In this document: positions 49,692-60,061 of the stretch, piece after piece
Layout of the letters: every line of letters starts with the position of its first letter
Position numbering within the stretch: position 1 is the first letter of the stretch
Source of the DNA: an uncultured Gammaproteobacteria bacterium
GTDB lineage: Bacteria > Pseudomonadota > Gammaproteobacteria > SZUA-229
Direction: 5' to 3'
Length of the DNA stretch: 64,000 nt
Assembly (NCBI GenBank): GCA_963803185.1
Contig: CAWDMF010000013.1
Coordinates: 12,067-76,066 of the forward strand
Notes under the pieces: model-generated
What the model saw: only the letters and a program-made list of their open reading frames with translations
Databases searched by the model: none
Told to the model about the DNA's origin: nothing
Position numbers and translations under genes: made by a program

Positions 49692-50587
49692 TAGGCCATA
49701 TTTTTACAGAATTCCTGAGCAAAACCTAACAGCTCATCGGCAGCACGCGATTTAAATTTATAACGCTGACGAACGAATGAAAAAGGTCGTTCCAGCTTGG
49801 GGGATAACTCTACTGCAGTTAAAGTACCTAGTCGTAACTCTTTATCGATACTGGCGCGAGATACAATCGAAATGCCCATACCCGCTTCTACCGCGCCTTT
49901 AATCGCTTCCGGGCTACTTAACTCGAAACACACATTCAATAGACTGTCAGGACTTTGTTGTTCAACATAATTGGTAATAGCTTCCTGGGTACCTGAACCA
50001 CTTTCACGGCAAATAAACGGATGACTGATAATGTCTCTGACATGCAGTGTGCTTTCTTTCGCCAACTGATGACTATTAGGCATAATCACCACCAGCTGAT
50101 CAACCCGGCACTGCTCAACAATTAAATTTTTGTTATTGACCGAGCCTTCTACAATAGCTAAATCAACCACATTATTTTCCACCATGGTAATAATGTCTTC
50201 AGAGTTAGACTCTTTCAGACTGATGTTCACCTCAGGATACTTAACTTTAAACTCCCCTATCAGCAATGGCAGCATGTATTCAGCAATAGTCGTACTCGCG
50301 CCAAGCGATACTCCGCCACTGACATCCCCTGTCATCTCGGTTATGCTGTGATTCATATCGTCATATAGCTTCAAAATACGATCGGCATACATATAAACCT
50401 GTTTACCGGCATCGGTAAGTGTCACTTTATTATGCGTACGATCGAATAACCGGGTATTAAACTGGTCTTCTAACTGACGTATCTGAAAAGTTACCGCTGG
50501 CTGTGTCATATGCAGTTGCTCACCTGCTTTAGTAAAATTAAGCAAGCGTGCAACAGTGTGAAATATTTTTAGTCGACGATCAGCCAT
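49691..50587 (-). CDS. LysR family transcriptional regulator
   Basis: N-terminal HTH LKIFHTVARLLNFTKAGEQLHMTQPAVTFQIRQLE, LysR substrate-binding domain. Confidence 0.85.
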   Translation of the reverse strand: MADRRLKIFHTVARLLNFTKAGEQLHMTQPAVTFQIRQLEDQFNTRLFDRTHNKVTLTDAGKQVYMYADRILKLYDDMNHSITEMTGDVSGGVSLGASTTIAEYMLPLLIGEFKVKYPEVNISLKESNSEDIITMVENNVVDLAIVEGSVNNKNLIVEQCRVDQLVVIMPNSHQLAKESTLHVRDIISHPFICRESGSGTQEAITNYVEQQSPDSLLNVCFELSSPEAIKGAVEAGMGISIVSRASIDKELRLGTLTAVELSPKLERPFSFVRQRYKFKSRAADELLGFAQEFCKNMA

Positions 50588-50697
50588 TATTTAATTTTGC
50601 AACCTTGTTGGTGAAAATAAATTTTAAGATGCCGCATCAAAGTTGATTTTATGGCCATTAACCGCTATTTTAACACTACGACTAAGCAATAGGTAAC

Positions 50698-51165
50698 ATG
50701 GATATTATGTGCACTAAAACACTCATCAACAGTATTATCACAACATTTTTGTGTCTATTATTTCAAGCATCATCCTATGCTGAGATTTATAAATGGACAG
50801 ACGAAAATGGCCAGGTTCACTATGGTGAACATCCTGGTAATACCGGTGCTGAAAAAGTCAGTATTCGCCAGAATGAAACAACCAAGCCACGCCCCATTAA
50901 TAAAGCTGAAGAGGACACGGCGGAATCTGACAAAAAAAATTCAGGCCAGCAAGCTGAAGCGTCTGGCGAACTGGTAGAAGTACCACCATCCAAAAAAGAA
51001 AAACGCAAATTGTGCAATCAAGCCAAAAGTGATATTGCCGCGATCAATAACCGGGGCCGCATGCGGGAAATCAATAAAAAAGGCGAATACGTGTACTTAA
51101 CAGAGCAACAACGCCAGCAACGGCTTTCTGCTGCCAGAAAAAAACAAGGTGAATTTTGCCGGTAA
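50698..51165 (+). CDS. DUF4124 domain secreted protein
   Basis: IYKWTDENGQVHYGE motif characteristic of DUF4124. Confidence 0.55.
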   Translation: MDIMCTKTLINSIITTFLCLLFQASSYAEIYKWTDENGQVHYGEHPGNTGAEKVSIRQNETTKPRPINKAEEDTAESDKKNSGQQAEASGELVEVPPSKKEKRKLCNQAKSDIAAINNRGRMREINKKGEYVYLTEQQRQQRLSAARKKQGEFCR

Positions 51166-51186
51166 TGTAAAACAACAGGAAACACC

Positions 51187-51525
51187 ATGCCATTATTAGA
51201 GATCACTACCAACACAGCCATCGTTAACATCCAGGGTGTCGCCTCACAGGCCTCAAAGCTCACCGCCGAGATGTTAGCTAAGCCGGAAAGTTACGTCATG
51301 GTAAAAATCCTGCCAGAACAGACACTGATTTTTGCAGGAAATAATGAACCTGCCGCGCACATTAAATTAAAAAGCCTGGGCCTGGCTGAGGATAACACAG
51401 TCGATTTCTCAAAAAAAATCTGCTCTTTCATTAACTCACAGCTTCATATAAACAGCGCACGTATTTATATTGAATTTTCCAGTCCTGCACGGCATATGTG
51501 GGGTTGGGACGGAAAGACGTTTTAG
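51187..51525 (+). CDS. tautomerase/MIF superfamily protein (N-terminal Pro1)
   Basis: MPLLEITTN... start with Pro after Met, 112 aa. Confidence 0.5.
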   Translation: MPLLEITTNTAIVNIQGVASQASKLTAEMLAKPESYVMVKILPEQTLIFAGNNEPAAHIKLKSLGLAEDNTVDFSKKICSFINSQLHINSARIYIEFSSPARHMWGWDGKTF

Positions 51526-51559
51526 GCTGGCCGTTTATTTTAAATACCACTGTAAATTT

Positions 51560-51610
51560 CAAGGTTTTTTCTGCTAACAGCAAACTTATAACTGCCAACT
51601 TATCTTTTCC
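51560..51610. repeat. partial family-2 AT-rich element (ctgctaacagcaaacttataactgccaacttatc)
   Basis: shares ctgctaac...aacttataact motif with copy at 3373-3445. Confidence 0.35.
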
Positions 51611-51694
51611 TGATAACTTTCTTTTCGTCGCATAAATCTAATTAGTTGGTAGAATGCGCACATTCTACCCAGTGCCTCATCAAGGTTAAACAAT

Positions 51695-53398
51695 ATGTAT
51701 TTATCAAAGTTTCAATTAACCACTTTAAAAGAAAACCCGTCCGACGCAGAAATTGCCAGCCACCAGTTAATGTTGCGTGCCGGACTCATTCGAAAACTTG
51801 CTTCTGGACTTTATAGCTGGCTACCACTGGGTTTGCGCGTAATGCGTAAAGTGGAAAAAATCGTTCGTCAGGAAATGGACAAAAGCGGCGCACTGGAACT
51901 GCTTATGCCCGCAGTACAGCCCAGTGAATTATGGCAGGAATCAGGTCGCTGGGAACAATATGGCCCTGAACTATTACGTTTAAAAGACCGCCATGGACGT
52001 GAATTTTGTTTTGGCCCAACGCATGAAGAAATTATTACCGATATAGCACGCAAGGAACTTTCCAGCTATAAACAGTTGCCGGTAACCTATTACCAGATCC
52101 AAACCAAGTTCCGCGATGAAGTGCGGCCACGCTTTGGCGTGATGCGTGCGCGTGAATTTATTATGAAAGATGCCTATTCATTTCACACCAGCCAGGATAG
52201 CCTGCAGGCAAGTTATGAAGTGATGTACCAGGCTTACAGCAATATCTTTACCCGATTGGGCCTGGAATTTCGCGCAGTAATGGCTGACAGCGGTTCTATT
52301 GGTGGCAACAGTTCACACGAATTTCACGTGCTTGCCGACTCTGGCGAAGACGCCATCGCTTTTTCCAATGAAAGTGATTATGCCGCTAATGTGGAAAAAG
52401 CAGAGACGCTGCCACCTACCACACCTCGCCCGGCAGCGACTACCGATATGGCTAGCGTTGATACGCCAAATCAACATAGCATTGAAGAGATCAGCCGGTT
52501 CCTCTCCGTAGCACCAAGCCAATGCCTTAAAACCTTGCTGGTCGAAGGCAGTGAAGAGAACACCATCATTGCACTGGTTTTACGTGGTGACCATGAACTA
52601 AATGAAATCAAAGCCAGTCACCTGCAAGCCGTCGCAGAGCCACTGTGTTTTGCCAGTGATGAGCAGATAAAACAGGTTGCCGGTTGTTCGGCGGGATCGT
52701 TAGGCCCCGTCGATTTAAAGATAACAGTCATTGCCGATTATGCAGCACTGCAATGTGCTGATTTTGTCTGTGGCGCCAATGAAGATGGTAAACATTTAAC
52801 CGGGGTCAACTGGGAACGTGACTGTGCTATACCTGAATCGGCCGATATAAGAAACATTGTTGAAGGTGATGTCAGCCCTGACGGCAAAGGTACTCTGTCT
52901 ATTGTACGCGGTATCGAAGTTGGCCATATCTTCCAGCTCGGTAAGAAATACTCCGAAACCATGAAAGCAACGGTACTGGATGAAAACGGTAAAGCCAGCA
53001 CCATGACCATGGGCTGCTACGGCATCGGTATAACGAGAACTGTTGCCGCTGCCATTGAACAAAATCATGATGACAACGGCATTATCTGGCCGGATAGTAT
53101 TGCGCCATTTGATGTCGCTATTGCACCGATAAATATGCAAAAGTCCGAAGACGTTAGCAATACCGCAATCAAACTACATGATGAACTCACTGCTGCAGGA
53201 CTGGATGTTTTACTTTATGACGAAAAATCCCGTTTGGGTGGTATGCTGGCTGATCTTGATTTAATTGGCATACCGCACCGTATCGTCATTGGTGATCGCG
53301 GCCTGAAAGAAAATAAGGTGGAATATAAAAAGCGCGATGCAGAACAAAGTCAGGATATTGCCGTTGATGAAATCGTTAATTTTTTAACAGACAAATAA
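51695..53398 (+). CDS. proS: proline--tRNA ligase
   Basis: N-terminus [39 protein letters not shown] matches ProS; 567 aa with editing domain. Confidence 0.95.
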   Translation: MYLSKFQLTTLKENPSDAEIASHQLMLRAGLIRKLASGLYSWLPLGLRVMRKVEKIVRQEMDKSGALELLMPAVQPSELWQESGRWEQYGPELLRLKDRHGREFCFGPTHEEIITDIARKELSSYKQLPVTYYQIQTKFRDEVRPRFGVMRAREFIMKDAYSFHTSQDSLQASYEVMYQAYSNIFTRLGLEFRAVMADSGSIGGNSSHEFHVLADSGEDAIAFSNESDYAANVEKAETLPPTTPRPAATTDMASVDTPNQHSIEEISRFLSVAPSQCLKTLLVEGSEENTIIALVLRGDHELNEIKASHLQAVAEPLCFASDEQIKQVAGCSAGSLGPVDLKITVIADYAALQCADFVCGANEDGKHLTGVNWERDCAIPESADIRNIVEGDVSPDGKGTLSIVRGIEVGHIFQLGKKYSETMKATVLDENGKASTMTMGCYGIGITRTVAAAIEQNHDDNGIIWPDSIAPFDVAIAPINMQKSEDVSNTAIKLHDELTAAGLDVLLYDEKSRLGGMLADLDLIGIPHRIVIGDRGLKENKVEYKKRDAEQSQDIAVDEIVNFLTDK

Positions 53399-53417
53399 AA
53401 TATCAAAGCTTAAATTC

Positions 53418-53599
53418 GTCCGCAGATGAACGCAAATGAACGCAAATAATAACAAAACAGTAAAACTGTCATACTGGACGACAGTGAAAGATCTAACACT
53501 TTAATATGCCACCAAGGTTGCAAGATCCTTCACCGTCGTTCAGGATGACATAAAATTATATATTATTTTTTTTGCGTTCATTTGCGTTCAACCGTGGAC
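53418..53599. repeat. family-1 palindromic element
   Basis: gtccgcagatgaacgcaaatgaacgcaaat ... ttgcgttcatttgcgttcaaccgtggac. Confidence 0.8.
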
Positions 53600-53628
53600 T
53601 AAATTTCTTTTATGTATATATTTAATAC

Positions 53629-54207
53629 ATGATTAAACGCTTAGCCATCGCACTCTTTTTATTCCTTTTCAATACATTTGCTATCACGCAGTTGTATGCC
53701 GACAGCCAGCCTGTCGATCCGAAGCTCCGCCAGTTACTTACCGAAGCAATCAACTCATCAGAAAGTTTTGAAGACCGCTTCCATGCAGAAGTCTGGCTTG
53801 TAGATATGTCTAATCGCCTGAAACGTTTTATTAAAGATGAAAAAACCCGTCTTTCCATGCTCAAACATATCCACCAGGAAGCGACTCGCGTTAAATTACA
53901 ACCAGAACTGGTACTGGCACTCATCGAAGTTGAAAGTCATTTTGATAGCTACGCCATTTCAAAATCTGGCGCTCAGGGCATGATGCAGATAATGCCCTTC
54001 TGGTTAGATGAAATCGGACATCACGACGACAACCTGATTAATATGAAAACTAATCTGCGGATGGGATGCACCATATTAAAATACTACATGGACATGGAAA
54101 GCAATGACCTGCACAAAGCCCTGGCAAGATACAATGGCAGTCGTGGATCAAAAGTTTATAGCAATAAAGTACTGACCGCTTTACATGACCACTGGTATCA
54201 ATCATGA
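53629..54207 (+). CDS. lytic transglycosylase domain (SLT) protein
   Basis: IEVESHFDSYAISKSGAQGMMQIMP (ES...GA.GLMQ) SLT catalytic motif, signal peptide. Confidence 0.75.
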   Translation: MIKRLAIALFLFLFNTFAITQLYADSQPVDPKLRQLLTEAINSSESFEDRFHAEVWLVDMSNRLKRFIKDEKTRLSMLKHIHQEATRVKLQPELVLALIEVESHFDSYAISKSGAQGMMQIMPFWLDEIGHHDDNLINMKTNLRMGCTILKYYMDMESNDLHKALARYNGSRGSKVYSNKVLTALHDHWYQS

Positions 54208-54838
54208 CCAGGGAACCTCTATCTATATGATCATTGCGAATTCAATTAAAAGAAATGGAATCAAAGGGATATATAGAAATCAAACGTGGCAATATTAAAA
54301 TTAATGATACACCTGCGTTACAGAACGAACATAAGCAGCAACTAAAACACTACTGAAATCCGCTTAAGTACGCTTATTTCAAATCGTCCAAAATGACGAA
54401 GATTTTCTCGAGCTGATTTTAAGGTGAAAAACAATTAATTGAGGCGCCCTTAAACAACGTTATCAGAAGTTTTCTGACCATAACTTACCCATATTCACAT
54501 TTCTCATTATGGAGATTCATGTTTTTCCACCTGAAAAAGTTTATAAGCCCTTAAATCGAGTAGCAACATGTTAATTTAAAAAAATATTATTCCTATAAAT
54601 TTCAATAAGATAGAGTACACTCCAAAATAAACTCTTATATTTCCTCTGAATTATTTACCTTTCACATAATTAATATAATATATTTAGCATTGCATTTGCT
54701 GTGGATATTCCCTAAAAATGCAACTAGTGATAAACTATTGTGTAATTAACATGAGATGGTGCTTAAAATTTAAAAACATGTTTCTCCTGCTGCATCAAAC
54801 TGACAGCAGATACCATAATAAAAACGTAGAGTAAAACT

Positions 54839-55696
54839 ATGAACAATAAAATTTCTTCCATGGAGTATAGCGCTGCTTCACAGAAGAAAAGGATTTCTGA
54901 AGACCAGCACCATACATTTATTTCCAATCTCAGGCATGCAATTGATAATGATGAACTAAGTCTTCATTTCCAGCCTCGTTTTAATGCGATATCCGGTAAA
55001 GCAGATATTCTCGAAGCACTTGTCCGCTGGCACCGACCCGGTATCGGACGATATTATCCTGGCGTTTTTATTCCAGATGCAGAAGAAAATGGGTTGATAT
55101 TCTCACTCGATCTATGGGTATTTGAGCGTTGCTGCAAAGATTTAAAGCACCTGCAAACAACCGTTAATCCGCATACTAAAATAGCCATCAACCTTTCAAT
55201 ACTTACCTGCGAGAGCATTTATTACGCTCAAAAAATTATTGAAATCAGTAAAAAGTACGATATATTTCTATCTGATTTTGAATTTGAAATTACAGAAAAC
55301 GCACAGGTTCGTGATATTCGAAAAGTCGTTTCATTTTGTGAAACATTAAAAAGCTATGGTGCCGAATTTAGTCTGGACGATTTTGGCACCGGACAGTCCC
55401 CATTAGTTAATTTAAACATTCTGCCGGCAAACACAATAAAGATTGATAACTGCTTTATTCATGGCATCGGCAATTCAAAACGCAGTGAAATCATCATTCG
55501 CTCGCTGGTTAATATGGCAAAAGAGTTAGACATGCAAGTTGTTGCTGAAGGCATAGAAAGCAATGAACAGTACTGGTTTATGCGTGATACAGGTTGTGAT
55601 CAGCTTCAGGGTTTTCTACTTTGCAGACCAATAGAGCTTAGCCGAATAGAATCATCAAAGTTATATGCCCCGGAAGTAAAATATTCTGGCACCTAG
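54839..55696 (+). CDS. EAL domain c-di-GMP phosphodiesterase (stand-alone EAL)
   Basis: EALVRW, DDFGTG, QVVAEGIE motifs. Confidence 0.8.
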   Translation: MNNKISSMEYSAASQKKRISEDQHHTFISNLRHAIDNDELSLHFQPRFNAISGKADILEALVRWHRPGIGRYYPGVFIPDAEENGLIFSLDLWVFERCCKDLKHLQTTVNPHTKIAINLSILTCESIYYAQKIIEISKKYDIFLSDFEFEITENAQVRDIRKVVSFCETLKSYGAEFSLDDFGTGQSPLVNLNILPANTIKIDNCFIHGIGNSKRSEIIIRSLVNMAKELDMQVVAEGIESNEQYWFMRDTGCDQLQGFLLCRPIELSRIESSKLYAPEVKYSGT

Positions 55697-56138
55697 GGAA
55701 ACGCTGTTACAGTGTAATTCTATTAGACTTGTTAATATCATCATACCTGTGCTCTCATCATTAGCTCAACGGTACCTGTGCCAAGTGTCATATGGATGCT
55801 TGAGCCAAACTGCTCACTTAGTAAAATATATAAACAAAATTCATGCGCACCTATCTACATCATAGATTCACTGGTGACAAATAATTCACCCAGTGAAAAG
55901 AACATCTGAAAAATAACGATTACCCATCAGAGTGCATCCGCCACAGGAACCGCTGTGGCGAAACGTTTTTTAACATCAATTTACATGTTCCATGCAAACT
56001 CATGCAATCGCGTGATGTGCCGGATGAATATCTTATATGCCTTTTTCAGGTTTTTCGGGATAATGTGACAATGTCACTGACATACAAATAGCAATAACAT
56101 AGTATAAGCACACTATTTAAACTCATTGGAGAACTATT

Positions 56139-56339
56139 ATGTGTAACGTTGGTGGAATCGATCGTATTATCCGTATTATTGCAGGTGCTTTTTTAATTAG
56201 CCTGGTATTTTTTGGTGATCAGATTATAGGTCAAAATGTTGTCTGGGGCTGGGTTGGTGTTGTGCCTTTAGCTACCGGTATTTTCAAATTTTGTCCTGTT
56301 TATAGCCTTTTGGGATTAAAAACCTGCACAACCAAGTAA
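56139..56339 (+). CDS. DUF2892 (YgaP-like) small membrane protein
   Basis: GxDRxIRxxxG ... GxCPxYxLLG motif. Confidence 0.55.
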   Translation: MCNVGGIDRIIRIIAGAFLISLVFFGDQIIGQNVVWGWVGVVPLATGIFKFCPVYSLLGLKTCTTK

Positions 56340-56412
56340 AATTATTCAGCAACCTTTGACCACCTATGGACGAAGCAGTTTGCAGTCTAGACATTCAAAT
56401 TTAAAACGTGAA

Positions 56413-56443
56413 CTCCCTGCAATAACACGTTATTGCAGGGAGG
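56413..56443. repeat. perfect 13-bp stem / 3-nt loop hairpin (ctccctgcaataac acg ttattgcagggag)
   Basis: seen directly 74 bp after first DUF2892 gene. Confidence 0.55.
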
Positions 56444-56757
56444 GCATACGGTAGCAGGGTAACGCATGTAGCGATACCTGTGGGCAATTGCCGAGAATGC
56501 TGGCTTTGTGAAGGTTAACAACGCTGAGGCTGAGTATCCGGTTAGCTTAAAAAATGCTATTTCATGTGACGTGCCACATAGATGTTGCGCATTAACAAAT
56601 CTAAGGATGAAACTGATCAAAGGCTCTTTAAATAGAAAGGTAGAAGACAACAGCCCTGGCAAAAAGCATTGGCGCTGTGCATTTATAGCGCATTGTGCGA
56701 AACTTTTAACACAACATAGCAGACTAATATATTATAATTAATCTATATCGTGTTTAT

Positions 56758-56991
56758 TTGCTGCGTGTTTTTTTGATGTGTAATTTAAATATTTTTAGCC
56801 AGCTGTTAAGAATTATCCTCGGGATAATTCTTCTCGCTGCTGCCTGGTTTGGTCCACAAACATCACTATTAAGCCTGGAATGGATGAGTTTATGGCGTTT
56901 GGGCTGGTTAGGTATAATCCCGCTGATCTCAGGCATTGCTGCCTTCTGCCCAATCTATGCAGTTTTAGGTTTCGATCATAAAAAAAAATAA
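56758..56991 (+). CDS. DUF2892 small membrane protein paralog (start probably internal, about 56776)
   Basis: GIAAFCPIYAVLGF C-terminal motif shared with 56139-56339 product. Confidence 0.5.
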   Translation: MLRVFLMCNLNIFSQLLRIILGIILLAAAWFGPQTSLLSLEWMSLWRLGWLGIIPLISGIAAFCPIYAVLGFDHKKK

Positions 56992-58182
56992 TTAACGCAT
57001 ACCACGTAACAGGTCTGCCTTAATATCTTCAATATCTTCCAGCCCCACTGCAATACGAATTAAACCATCTGATATACCCGCCTCGCTACGTTGCTCAGGT
57101 GTTAAACGACCATGTGTGGTTGTTGCCGGGTGGGTAATGGTTGTCCTGGTGTCACCCAGATTAGCAGTAATCGAAAGCAACTGAGTAGCATCAATCAAAC
57201 GCCAACCTTCTGCTTTGCCACCGTTTAATTCAAACGACAATAAACCGCCAAAAGCTGATTGCTGTGTTTTAGCCAGAACATGTTGTGGATGACTTTCCAG
57301 TCCGGGGTAAAATACTCTTTTAACCTCAGGCAGTTGTTCTAACCATTCTGCAAGTTCCTGTGCGGCCGCAGAATGCGCCAGCATGCGTAACTTCAATGTC
57401 TCCAGGCCCTTTAGAAAAACCCAGGCATTAAAGGCACTCATGGTAGGGCCTGCGCTGCGTAAAAAACCAAATACACCATCACCTACCACATCATTAGTAC
57501 CGCAAACTGCTCCACCCATACAGCGGCCCTGACCGTCAATATATTTCGTCGCAGAATGAATAACAATATCAGCACCTAAGACTATCGGCTGTTGTAAAGC
57601 CGGTGTACACAAACAATTGTCAACGGCCAACAGGCAGCCATGTTTATGGGCAATTTCAGCTAGAGCAGTTATGTCAACCAATTCCGTCAGTGGGTTAGAC
57701 GGTGTCTCCAGAAACAGCAATTTTGTTTCTGGTTTTATTGCTTTTTCCCATGCTGATAGTTCTGATAGCTCGACGAACGTTGTATCTATACCTAACCTGG
57801 CAATAATATTGGTCAACAAAACGGTGGTGGTACCAAAAATGCTGCGAGACGAAACAATATGGTCACCCGTTTTCAGCAATCCTAAAATGGTTGCGGTAAT
57901 TGCAGACATACCTGATGCAGTGGCCACGCAACATTCAGCCATTTCCAGTGATGCCAGCCGATTTTCAAACGTTCTTACTGTCGGGTTAGTAAAACGCGAG
58001 TATATATTGCCCGGTTCTTCACCAGAAAACCTTGCGGCAGCTTCTGCTGCTGATGCAAACACATAACTGGAGGTGGGAAATATTGGTTCACTGTGTTCAT
58101 TTTCATTAGTACGCACCTGTCCTTCACGTACAGCACGTGTTGCAAAACTTAAGCCGGATGTATCAATCTTTTTATTTGTCAT
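56992..58182 (-). CDS. metZ: O-succinylhomoserine sulfhydrylase / cystathionine gamma-synthase family PLP enzyme
   Basis: Cys/Met-metabolism PLP-dependent enzyme family; 396 aa; RFTNPT-type motif near N-terminus and SATKY-type Lys motif. Confidence 0.7.
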   Translation of the reverse strand: MTNKKIDTSGLSFATRAVREGQVRTNENEHSEPIFPTSSYVFASAAEAAARFSGEEPGNIYSRFTNPTVRTFENRLASLEMAECCVATASGMSAITATILGLLKTGDHIVSSRSIFGTTTVLLTNIIARLGIDTTFVELSELSAWEKAIKPETKLLFLETPSNPLTELVDITALAEIAHKHGCLLAVDNCLCTPALQQPIVLGADIVIHSATKYIDGQGRCMGGAVCGTNDVVGDGVFGFLRSAGPTMSAFNAWVFLKGLETLKLRMLAHSAAAQELAEWLEQLPEVKRVFYPGLESHPQHVLAKTQQSAFGGLLSFELNGGKAEGWRLIDATQLLSITANLGDTRTTITHPATTTHGRLTPEQRSEAGISDGLIRIAVGLEDIEDIKADLLRGMR

Positions 58183-58217
58183 CGCATAAACAAACCTGTT
58201 AACTATTCTTCCCTCTA

Positions 58218-58721
58218 CTACTCTTCTATGAGTACTTCACTGCCAACCTCAACCAGTCGAAACAAATCGACCACATCCTGGTTACACATTCGAATGCAGC
58301 CAATTGAAGCAGGTGTACCTATGCTTTCCTCATGATTGGTACCGTGAATATAAATATAACGTTGATAAGTATCCACGTACCCTCCCTGATTACGCCCCGG
58401 CTCCATTCCTTCCAGCCACAAAATACGGCTCATTATTACATCATCGGGTAAATCCACACCCCGTTCAGTACATTCTTCAAGATTGCCATGTGGCACCCGA
58501 CCGATAAACACTTCATTAACCGGCATAGCGCCACCTAATTTATCTTTAATACGGTGTAAACCCAACGGGGTTTGTTCACTGCCATTCTGGTTGCCCGTAC
58601 CGTATTTGGAAGTGGATACTGGATATTGTTGAAGCAGGTTTCCGCCTTCATCAAACAGCTTTAGCTGTTGCTGTGTTAGATTTATTTTTATTGAATTCAC
58701 ACACTTACCCGCTAATGGCAT
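58218..58721 (-). CDS. L,D-transpeptidase (YkuD domain)
   Basis: IHGTNHEESIGTPASIGCIRMCNQDVVDL catalytic His/Cys motif. Confidence 0.75.
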   Translation of the reverse strand: MPLAGKCVNSIKINLTQQQLKLFDEGGNLLQQYPVSTSKYGTGNQNGSEQTPLGLHRIKDKLGGAMPVNEVFIGRVPHGNLEECTERGVDLPDDVIMSRILWLEGMEPGRNQGGYVDTYQRYIYIHGTNHEESIGTPASIGCIRMCNQDVVDLFRLVEVGSEVLIEE

Positions 58722-59130
58722 TTCTATTCATATTATGAACTCAAAGTATCACACAGTTGAAGCGATAATCAATAGCCCATCACAATTTACTAAACCGCAG
58801 AACTTTATGATAGCTAAACAGAATTACCCTATGTTAGGGTAGTGTCTCATATTAAGTGTCCATATAAAAAATCATTATATATTCAGGTACAAGACGTAGT
58901 CCACAATGAATGGTATTCCCTTGACAAGGTCTACAACGTAGTAATCATGCATTTAAGGATTCCCTTCGGCGAGACCAGGGCAATTACCTGCGTTACTGCG
59001 ATCTCCTGAGGTAGAATTACTATCCCTACAAGGTGTACCTGGCAGATAACTGCTCTCGTCTATATGTGCATTTAAAATGAGACACCACAGTAAAATCTAA
59101 GCGCTTTGGCAAAAAAATGGGAATAGGCTG

Positions 59131-59757
59131 ATGAATGAAACTGATGCAAAAACTGAAACAGATCTCAATCAAGCTAAGATTCAGACGGAACCAGCAGGTG
59201 AAAACGAAACACCTTTCTTTCCGGTTTCAGAAGGTAAACTCATCACACTGTATATATTAAGTTTTGGTTTATACGGTATTTACTGGTTCCAGCAAAACTG
59301 GAAACGACAGCAACCAATGATGGATAAAAAAATCTATCCGGTATGGCGTGCTATTTTCTCAATATTTTTTACTCACTCATTATTTAAACGTATCGACCAG
59401 CAAGCTGTTCATTTGCCACAACAACATAAATTTAATGCTAATGCACTTGCCACCTTTTTTGTCGCCGCTATTGTTGCCAGTAATGTTATAGACCGTTTAT
59501 CAATCAATACTGACATGGCTCAAAGCATTACAAACACTATATTAATAATCACATCGTTAGTTTTATTCTTGTTTAGCGCATACCCACTGGCCAAAGTTCA
59601 GGCTACCGTCAATCGAATAAACAATGATATGCTTGGCTATTTAAATCACAAATACAGCGTATGGAATTATGTATTAATAATTCTTGGCACTGTTTCCTGG
59701 CTGATGCTTGCGATGGGATTACTGGCTGAATCAATAGGACTGGTTGTACCCCAGTAA
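59131..59757 (+). CDS. hypothetical inner membrane protein (DUF4234-like)
   Basis: LYILSFGLYGIYWF motif, 4 predicted TM segments. Confidence 0.4.
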   Translation: MNETDAKTETDLNQAKIQTEPAGENETPFFPVSEGKLITLYILSFGLYGIYWFQQNWKRQQPMMDKKIYPVWRAIFSIFFTHSLFKRIDQQAVHLPQQHKFNANALATFFVAAIVASNVIDRLSINTDMAQSITNTILIITSLVLFLFSAYPLAKVQATVNRINNDMLGYLNHKYSVWNYVLIILGTVSWLMLAMGLLAESIGLVVPQ

Positions 59758-60061
59758 GTCATTGTGAATAAAAAATTCGTAGATACTGGCATTATTTTAG
59801 TACTACTGAAAGGTTTTGAAAAACAGCGGCTACCAGGGTTTATTGAAATCAAACTTTAGCTGGATAACGGTGAAACTATAAATGAATTTGAACCTGTGTT
59901 GAAGAATATCAGACATTTTCTTAAGGCAGCTGACAAGTATAGTGGCTAAATCCTTGCGCTAGAGTACCTGGTTTTGACTAGCGAATTAAACATATTTAAC
60001 CTCAATGGCTGGATCTTCCGCTTTTGCAGCCAGACATGAAATAAATCAGGAACTTTCAGGT

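Noticed and set aside
56387-56741. ORFs 56387..56662 (minus) and 56508..56741 (plus) in the spacer between DUF2892 paralogs
   Set aside because: They overlap each other in a hairpin-containing non-coding spacer. No homology features.
59758-60061. Short frames (VNKKFVDTGIILVLLKGFEKQRLPGFIEIKL; LDNGETINEFEPVLKNIRHFLKAADKYSG) between the membrane protein gene and purF
   Set aside because: Each is under 35 codons, in different frames, with no start/RBS context. Possibly remnants, but there is insufficient evidence to call them.
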